A stretch of DNA of 64,000 nucleotides, from assembly GCA_951406725.2 (NCBI GenBank), contig OX597819.1, positions 57,598,001 through 57,662,000 on the forward strand, in the 5' to 3' direction. Source of the DNA: Octopus vulgaris (taxonomy: Eukaryota). The notes beneath the pieces are model-generated. The model was not told where the DNA came from. It did no database searches and saw only the letters and a program-made list of their open reading frames with translations. The position numbers were made by a program, and so were the translations under genes. Shown one piece after another: positions 54,796 through 64,000 of this stretch (positions are counted from its first letter, which is position 1; the number at the start of each line of letters is the position of its first letter).

Positions 54796-57700
54796 ATGTA
54801 TGTATATATATATATAATTACGTGCATGTACGTACTTATGTATTTCTATGTATGTATTCAGAGGTGAGCTTAGACAACATTAATATATGCATATCGGTAA
54901 AGCAGAAAGGAATTGCACTGAAACCTACATCATTGCTAGCGTACATTAGCAATGCAGTTCACAAAAGAAAACATTAAGAAAAATATCTGTTGATGGTTGA
55001 GAACAATCATTTTCTTACGAAACCCCATCAATGATTCAGTAAAGTAATAGTGAGAGTGTATCAAAGCATTCTTGTGATTTTTTTTTTTGTTTTGTTTTGT
55101 GTTTTTTGTTTTTTGTTCTCTTGCACCTGGGATTGTTAGATATAAAAACAAAATTTGGTATGTAAATAATACCAACTGAAATAAAATAAGATCTCAGGAG
55201 GAGTGGAACGTATGTTGAAATAAGAAAAGAAGAAATGAGAAACTGCCTTCTACTCTTAAGCAATAAGTATAGATTTGTACAATCAATAACAGAAAGTTTT
55301 AGCTATATCTGGGAATGGTTACAAATGTTGAACGTGTAAGGCATTCGAGAAAGGGGAAGACATGAAAATATAAAATATAAGAAATATTTAGATCTTACGA
55401 AATCAAATATAGAGATATAGCATAATGCATATTTATAATGGATTTTTAAGGGAGATGGGGGATGCTTTATACGGTGGTAATGTGTATTACTAATACCAAC
55501 AATAGAAGTGAAGACATTGTTTGGTTCTCAGAGCAAATATTTCGGAGATCAATGTTGGTTAAAGTACGAGTTTAGACTTCCAGTTTAACGTTAGATTTTT
55601 ATTGATTAGTTTTGGTTACCAGACTGTAACACAAATATGTTTATACGAAAACTTAGCTTGTATACTCTAGATGTTAGTGAAATTAAAGATGGGAATAACA
55701 ACAATAATGACAGATATTTCAGAAAATATATTTGCCAAATGACGTTTTAATTGGTAATATATGGCAGCACACAGACATTTTCGTTTTCGTTTTGTTTTGT
55801 TTTGTTTTTAATGTATGTAGTTATTTAAATATATTCTCATTATGATCATCAACTCAACGTGTTTTTACTTTTTCCTCAGATACCACATAGGTATTTTGAA
55901 AATCGTCATAACTACCATCATTATCATTTATTATTTTAGAGATAAAGCAATATATATTCATTTCTTATATTATGAACATTGAAGCATCACCGTAAAATTC
56001 TTGCATACAAATATTCATGTTGAACAAATGGTCTAAAAATAAAAAAGGATGAATTGCCAACATTATATATTCCTGTATGTATATTTACTAGAACGTTATA
56101 GGTAACACGATGTATCATTGTACATAGTGAGAACTAAAATGTGTTTCGACACAAATGCTACCTAAATATTTTCGCATTTTTATTTCCCAGGCCAAGCAAA
56201 CTTTCATATTCGAAATATATATTAATTCGACTTTGGAAGACAGTAAAACAAAAATCCTCCAATTTTACATAATCGAACTGCTTGATTATACCGCTCTAAC
56301 TACATTTATAGGATGTAGTGTACCACATATTTTTCGAATGTGGTGAATTCAATAACATCTTTCTTGTGTGACTTCTATTATATGTATTCTTCTTATCATG
56401 CCCCTAAATGACGATTTAGTTTGTAGAAATTTCTTGTTAGACCTTTTCATACGGAAAAATATATCTGTTGAACTTTTGAAACTCGAAAAATTTGAAATAC
56501 TTTCATGTATCACGCGTAGTCTCATGATGTTTCGTTCATAGACTGGTGGTAGCTGGTTGAGTGAGTCAATGATTGGAAATACGTTTCTTGGCTGCCTGAA
56601 GTAACTGAACACTCTGCGCGAACATTTAACAGAAAAATTTTGATCGCAAATAAAGACAAACTGTGTTGGTTTTACAGTTAACAACAATAATTACAGACTG
56701 GAAGAGAGATATGCTTCTCTGAAATTATTGAGAGTTATGGGTACAGCAACATGCGTTTTGCCAAAGATATCTGAAATCAATTGTGCTACCTTCCTTGCAA
56801 TGGATGTTCTTGGTCATCTATCTGTGCGGTCAGTCTTGGCCATCTCCTTGGGTCGTCCCCCGCTCCGTCGGACTATAAAGATGCACGCCGAAAAGTTTTT
56901 TTTATAGATGACCGGAGCAAAATTCTAGAATATTCGATAAAACCCCTCTCCTCGCCATCGCTTTGCGTCGATTGGTCGGTTAATAGATCAATCACAGGTA
57001 ACTATGATAATTTGCTCGTAATGTCTCACTGCGTATCCAGGGATTCGGTTTCGAATTACCGCTACAACAGTATTATGTTGTTGTTTGTTAACACTAAGCC
57101 AACTTTTAATGAGGAGACCTCTGTTCAAATATTTCCCCGGCATGTACTTCTCAAATTGTTATGTGTATATAGGGCCACGCTTGGCTAATATTTTTAGTCG
57201 ACCGTGGCTGCTCTTGTTTATTTCTAAATCCATGACGTCCATGTTTAAACAAAAAAAATATAGTCAAAGATATCTCAATTATGACCATCATGCAATTCTT
57301 CTGCCATTATGTACTCCAGACTATATTATTTAAGGTTATCTCTAGGTGATTTGATCTGTAGTTTCTAACAGTGTGAGCAACAGCATAGACACTGTCTCGT
57401 TCATTCGTCTTTTAATGATTTAATTTATTCAAAATGGTCATTAAGTTTATTATTTTCTATGTGTAAAATATTATATTTAAACTTAAGCAGTTAAAGACGA
57501 AAAACAATTTATTGTTAGGTTTGCATAGGTCGCTTTGATGGTTCAATTATTAACCCTCTCGTCATTATATTGCTCTGTGACACGGAACATTTTACATGTG
57601 ACTAAGAAACGCTATGCACAAACTTAAGAATTGTTTTATAATGTCTCTTGATACAATGCAGTCAAGTTTTACACACACACGTTCAGAAATATTCAGTAGG

Positions 57701-60443
57701 TGAGGGTCAGATAATTATGTTACACTCTGTGTTATTAATGTTCTATCTATTTCTGTCCTGTTTCACTCCATTATTATAAAGCTATATCCCCAGGCAGCCT
57801 AATACTGCTGATATATTCATGGCATGAATATATTTCGTTTCTTTCTTCTTATTATTATTCGTAGTCTTTTTTCCCTTTTTGTTCTTTCTATTATTAATTC
57901 AGTAGTTTTATTTTTATTGAATGACGTTACTGCACTACTGACCGTAGCTCAGCATGCCTTGGGAACGTGACACTTTCTTTCATTTTTTATGCTTATGTGC
58001 TTTTTGTGATAAAACATTATGTAATATTTGTACAGGGTTTAATCGCGATGCTGTATAGAATCGCACAAAAGTTATTGCGGTATTTATTTACAGCTCTTTA
58101 TGCTGAAAGTTCAAATCTAGCAGAGGTGAACATTATCTGTCACCCTTAGGAGTCGTAAAATGAAGTACAAATCCGCCATAGCCAAGAAGGTCAGAATAAT
58201 CGATTAATTCCTTCTCTAAAATTTCTGAACTTATACCTACACTGGAGTTTAAGTAAAAGTTGGAAAAGCAACAGAATCACTAGAACCTCAGATAAGATGC
58301 ATAGCAATTCTTCAAATCCAGCCGATTTCAGGTTTGCATTTCATCGTTCCGGTGACAATGAAATAAATATTAGTCAAACAACTGGATCGATGGTATGGAG
58401 TAAGCCTTTCTCGCAAGATTTGCTTGGCTTGTTCATAAATTAGAAACTATTTAGATCAGTGGTTTGAGAGAATCTTTAGCGGGTTGGAACGATCCTCTGC
58501 TGTATTTGTTCCGGCATTATACTCTACGATGGAGTTAGTTGTTAAGTTGCCACGCTAAGAAATGATTTGCCTGAAATGGAGAGTGGATGAAGTAAAACCG
58601 TCAAATATATGACCAAATCTAAATCTATGGTAGGTGGCAAAATGTGTGGCTTCGATGATTCCTAGAAACACAAATATTCCGGAAAAAAAAACTGGTTTGG
58701 AATGGAAGTAGGGGTTTCAATTCAGATGAAAGCAAAGCCATGGACAAAATCTCTAACATAATAGAGGCCACAGGAAGGTTTTAAATGCAGGTGACAGTGG
58801 GAAGTAGAAGAACTCGATGATACAAATGTGGAAATACTAATCATTTAAAGCTTTTGGCTCTCAAAAACAACATAAAATGCGAGCTGAAAGTTGACCTACG
58901 CTACTGCCAAATTAATGACGTCAACACCAGCAAATACAGCTGCAACCACAACGCAAATAACCAACTCAACAACCACAATAGCATGAAAGAACAGCAGCAG
59001 TAATTGTAACACCAGATACAAAACTGAACGCAGCACCGATAGAAACAACACGAACAACATCACTAAAAGTAGAAACAGTAGCAACAAAAAGGACAAAAGA
59101 ACTACGGCCTGCAAGTGGTACCCTCAAAATTCCCACAAATGGCACATCAAGAATATCAACAACTAAATTTTCCCGAACAGCAAAAACTGAACAATCACCT
59201 TCAAGACATGCTTCTTCTGCCCTGGGACCTCATTGAGATGTCATTCAGTGACTATGGCGGTGAAAAGCCTATAAAAAAAACAGTCACCAATGCAAAGACA
59301 AAAAAGTAACAAAAACACACCCACATAAAAATGAGCAGATACGGAAAAATAGGGAAGATAACTCTGAGCGACAATGTACCACCACAAGACTAACAACAGC
59401 AACACCACTACTACCAAGACCACCATCCCTATTCCTACACCACCTATTACAAGCACAATCTAATTTGTGCACTCATCATACATCTCAACTAGAGCCCAAA
59501 AAGATCATTAACACCGACTTAAATACACACAGATATGAACCAATAGACGTATATACCACCACAAAATTACCGAACAAATGCATCATAACTATATTACATT
59601 CGCAAATATCATTCCATTGCACATACAAAGTTACTCTAGAAAACTCACATATCCGTAGGAACGCCACACTGTCCTTACATAGGAGTACGGTAACCATTTT
59701 TCGCTTCCCTCTCTCTTGTCTAACTTGGTCGTGCTCAGAATAGACAGTGTAATTGCATGTGATTTGGTGTCAGCTTAGAAACTGACGAGTCAAACAGTTT
59801 GGCAGTGCTTTCTGTATTTTGTAGGGTTGGGTTATAGGAGGGGGAATGTAAAAAAAAATCCCAAACTTACTCAGACATTTGTCTGATAAGTACCGACTGG
59901 AATGCCGAAATGTGCCAATGTGGACATAGGCGAACAGCAGTAGATGAAATGAGTCATCATTAGATAAGACAAACTGTAGGCGCATATATAAGGGTAGCAC
60001 AGGTTGTAAACATGAGAAAATAGTTGGCCTCACAGGTCACAAAGCTGTGGCCTGTAGAGACAAACTACATTGAAAGAGGCCCAGATAGAGGAAGCTGACC
60101 GCGTTTCTTAAGGTGTACATAGGCTACGGAAATTGAATTAGCGAATTATTTTATCGACCACTGACGGAGGTATTCACCATCAACAAAAGGTGACTCACTC
60201 CGTAAAGGGCAATTAGTGTAGAATAGATTAGACTCAATAAGGTTTTAGCAATAGAGAAATCTATAATAAAGGGCGGTCTAGTTAGAAACATAGACGACGT
60301 GCTTAGGAAATTCATTGCAACTGACGCAAGGATGATCCCTGTGCCCGAGTGGAGGAGGAGCAGTGTGGCAACAGAGTCACAGTTCGGTTTGGGCTGAACA
60401 GAATGGCTAGTTTAATGTGACCCCAACCTTGTGCCTACAGTAG

Positions 60444-60482
<39 letters not shown>

Positions 60483-60539
60483 GTAGTAGTAGTAGTAGTA
60501 GTAGTAGTAATAGTAGTAGTAGTAGTAGTAGCAGCAGCA

Positions 60540-61003
60540 TTTAGTGAGAGGGCAGTGCATGTCATCAAAGTGACACTGGGGTAAAATGTACGAAGCCCAG
60601 TATATGTACCTATCATGACTACACGTCTGATATGGGTACACCAGGCACATGCATCCCAACCATATGTGATCGACATGGTGATATCATATCAAGATAAACA
60701 GCGCATGACATTGCAGGTGGGGATCAGTTAGAATTTCCTTTTGTTCGAGTAGCCCATCCCGCTCATTAGGTCCCTGAATAATGATTGTTTAAATATATTG
60801 AACGAACCACCCATGCTTCCAAACGTGAATTATCCAAACCTCTAAGAATCGCTCTCAACACACGGCTATGATGCTCCCCCACTAATTTTGCTCGTGATCA
60901 GAGATGCACATATCGTCAACTACTAAGGGACATGGTCAACTGGTTAAGGTCAAACAACTGACAAGCAAATCTGTGGTATTGAGCAGAATATTTGCTGTAA
61001 CCC
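60540..61003 (-). mobile_element. Diverged, 5'-truncated copy of the (AAT)n-associated element
   Basis: Reverse complement of ~41115-41575, between trinucleotide tracts. Confidence 0.75.
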
Positions 61004-61169
61004 ATTATTATTATTATCATCATTATTATTGTTATTATCATCATCATCATTATTATTATTATTATTATTATTATTGTCATCATCATCATTATTGTTGTTA
61101 ATATTATTATTATCATCATCATCATTATTATTGTTGTTATTATTATTATCATCATCATCATAATTATTG

Positions 61170-61205
<36 letters not shown>

Positions 61206-61439
61206 GCATCATTATCATCATAATCATCATCATATAATCGATCAACATTTTGTAGTTTGCGGCAAATTTCTACTGCATCACCTGCTACAACTTCGTCTTG
61301 CTGCGGGGTGTACAGCATTGTGTGTTCTATTTTTTTTTATTGAGAGTGCGCAAACTCTGCCGGGATTGTATTGTGTTAATTTTTTTTCGCTTGATGTATG
61401 GTGCAGTGTTTTGTTGCGTTACTGCTTGTATTGAGTGTT

Positions 61440-61740
61440 GAATGAGTAACGCGCTGGTTATCTAACTTGCTGATGGAAGTTTATTTCACTGTGTAATTGC
61501 TGTATAGTGTGTGTCTTGTATTTGTGTGCTATTTTGTTTAGGCTATATCATTAAATTGATAGTGTCTTGCGTAGGATGTGGACTATTCCTAGAAGAGCAT
61601 TTGGGCGGGCAGGGACTTTTGTGTAGTGTTGAGGAGCCGGGTATAGCTTCTACATTTTTGTTCATGTTTTCTGTATTGTGCCCAATGCTCCAATTATTAT
61701 TGGTATTGTTTTTACCTTCATGCTCCACATCTTGAATACT
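61440..61740 (-). mobile_element. 3' end of a third R4-like LINE family
   Basis: Encodes LLGIVHILRKTLSI* with a different 3'UTR. Confidence 0.5.
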
Positions 61741-61751
61741 TATAATTATTA

Positions 61752-64000
61752 TTCAGTAGTCTTATTTTTATCACGTGCTTTCACTGCACTACCGAGCGCA
61801 GCTCGGTGTGCCTTGGGTATGTACTGTAGTTTGATTTGATGCTCTTATAGTTATTTTATTGAAAGTGTTTTACGTAGGATGTGTGCGGTGCCTAGCAGTG
61901 CTATTTTCTGTATGTTATATATATTTGTAAGTCCTGGTGTTTTTGTTATGTATTTGTCTGAATATTTTTTTATCATACCTAATGCGCCTACTATGATACG
62001 AATTGTTTCTGGTTTAGACTCCACATTCGAGTTACCGCTATTTCCAGTTTCTTCATTTCTTTTAGAGAAAAGTTGTAATCTGTTGGTATTGATACATCAT
62101 TTAAAATGTATTTTTTTCTTCATGATCTCCACAACTTTAATTTCTCTATCTGTGTGTATTGGCATATCCCATAGTATTGCTGCATTCTCATTTTCTGGCG
62201 TGAGCCTATACCATCTTTTTCTGTTATTCCATATTGTTGGCATAACTTCCAGTGTATGCAGGTCCTAACTGTCGTGTCTGTGAATATGTTCCTTCTTAGG
62301 CAGGACTGAGCAGCCAGAGACATTATGATTTATTGTTTCTTGTTCATCTCCATACATTCTGCAGTTACTTGTTATGTTTCTTTTCATTATATGTTTTTGG
62401 TAATTTCTGGTAGGGAGGCTTTGGTCTTGTGCTGCAATTAAAATTCTTTCAGTTTCTGCTTTGAGTCCTGAGCTTCTCAACCATTGCTGGGATTTTGCTT
62501 TGTCTATTTTTTGCGTTTAGTTTAATGCTATGAAGGGGTTTTTCTTGCTATCGTTTTATCATAATCCGTTGCTGTTCTAGTTTTAGTTTGGATTTCATTT
62601 GTTTTATAGCTTTTGTTGTTTCTTCTTTTTCTTCATTGTTCTTAGGTAGTATGACTTCTTGTTTGTATTTGTCATCTTCCTTAAAGACTGAAAACAGTTT
62701 TTGTTTTGTTCGTGTTTTGTGGCTATTTGCATTAGTTTTCCTTGCTTCTGAAGTAAATATTTTTGTAGTTCTAAAGTGTTTATTTTGTAATAGTTTTCTA
62801 GCTGTATATACGTTGTATATATAGCCTTTCTGTGTCTGATTTTGGGTGATGTATCCTAAATCCTGCCATTATTTTCCTTGTTTTCTGTCTATTTTGATTA
62901 GTTCATTTAATGTCCAGTAAGGATATTGTAGTTGTAACTTATAACTGGAACGGCTAAATTGTTGATACCTATTATCTTGTTTATCGCATTGAGCTCTATT
63001 CTCAGTATTAATCTAACTCGTATATAGTATTCTGTTTTTTCTTTATTTTCTCTTTAATTTGTGCGTGTTGTATCGTATCTAGTTCATTGATTCCTAGATA
63101 TTTGTATGTCTAGCTTTTGTCTAATTCTCATATTTCATTTGCTTTATCTAGTGTGATGTTGCTACTGGTAAATAGTTTTCCTCTTTTCAAGGTTGCTTTG
63201 GCATATTTTTCTAAGCCAAATTTCATATATATTTCTTTGATAAATCCACGTACTGTCTGTAGTAATGTTTCCAGCTGTTTATGATTTGTAGCGTACAGTT
63301 TTAGGTCAGCCACATATATAAGGTGGCGGATTGTTTTGTCGTAACTGTTGTTTCGGCATTCAGTTCTGTTTAGCATGTCAGATAAAGCTGTCAGTGTCAA
63401 GCAAAAAAGGAGTGGAGAGAGCGTGTCTCCCTAGAACATTCCTCTTCTAATGGGAATGGTTTTGGTTTTTATGAGGCCCTCTTTTGTTTGGCGCTGTAGC
63501 ACAGTCTACCATTTATTAATGGAATGTGTTATATATTTTATGGTTATTGGTGCTACCTTGTTCGTGGCTAGTGTTTCTAGGATCCATGTGTGGGAAATAC
63601 TATCAAAAGCCTTTCGATAATCGATCCAGGTCATACTTAGATTCTTCTTTTTGCTTCTGTCTTCAGTTATGGCCTTATTGATCATTAGTTGAACTTTACA
63701 GCCGTATGAGCCCTTGCAACATCACTTCTCCTCTTCTGGAAACGGGTTGTTTTCTTCCAGATCCTTGCTCATTCTCGGCGATATTATTCCAGTAAAGGAT
63801 TTGTGAATTGTAAGGTGTTATTGACAAGTTATTGGTCTGTAATTCTGAGGATAATTTTCCCCTCCGTGAGCCATTCAGGAATTGTATCTGGCTCCGCTTG
63901 TATGTAATTAAATTTCTCAGCCAGCTTTTTATTTGCTCCTGTCAGATATTTTAACCAGAAGTTGGGAAGCTTATCGTGCCCGGGTGCCTTCCAGTTGCTT
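61752..64000 (-). mobile_element. R4/Dong-like LINE family B (RT plus RLE), degenerate, runs off the window
   Basis: WIDYRKAFDSI, GMF*GDTLSPLLF, HLIYVADLKLY, SGLKAETE..LIAAQDQSLPTRNY, CRMY..ETINH, GTAHILRKTL, then the family-B tail. Confidence 0.85.

Noticed and set aside
52900-60420. Short ORFs in the AT-rich low-repeat region
   Set aside because: No recognisable domain or convincing splice-bounded frame by eye; some parts (~58850-59350, ~59700-60300) may be very old LINE debris.

Overview
AT-rich, microsatellite-dense eukaryotic DNA. The SINE set (CORE- and Meta/MESC-type tRNA SINEs) suggests a mollusc, probably an octopus; this is inference. Most of the window is transposon-derived: R4/Dong-like RLE LINEs in (TAA)n tracts, two CR1-like LINEs in (TA)n tracts, three Penelope-like (PLE) GIY-YIG relics, Merlin, mariner and pogo relics and MITEs, non-autonomous Helitrons and a probable solo LTR. 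Two well-supported coding exons of a minus-strand host gene (signal peptide, PAN/apple-like domain, second domain) lie at 12308-12647 and 3853-4001. The main unexplained signal is about 12 minimal type-I hammerhead-ribozyme (HHR) motifs from roughly 7 sequence families. They include two identical copies exactly 400 nt apart (a retrozyme-like circular-RNA unit), a U3-A8 compensatory core variant and a tRNA-headed HHR element. Most ORFs in the supplied track are microsatellite artefacts. Everything was read by eye, and many element boundaries are approximate.
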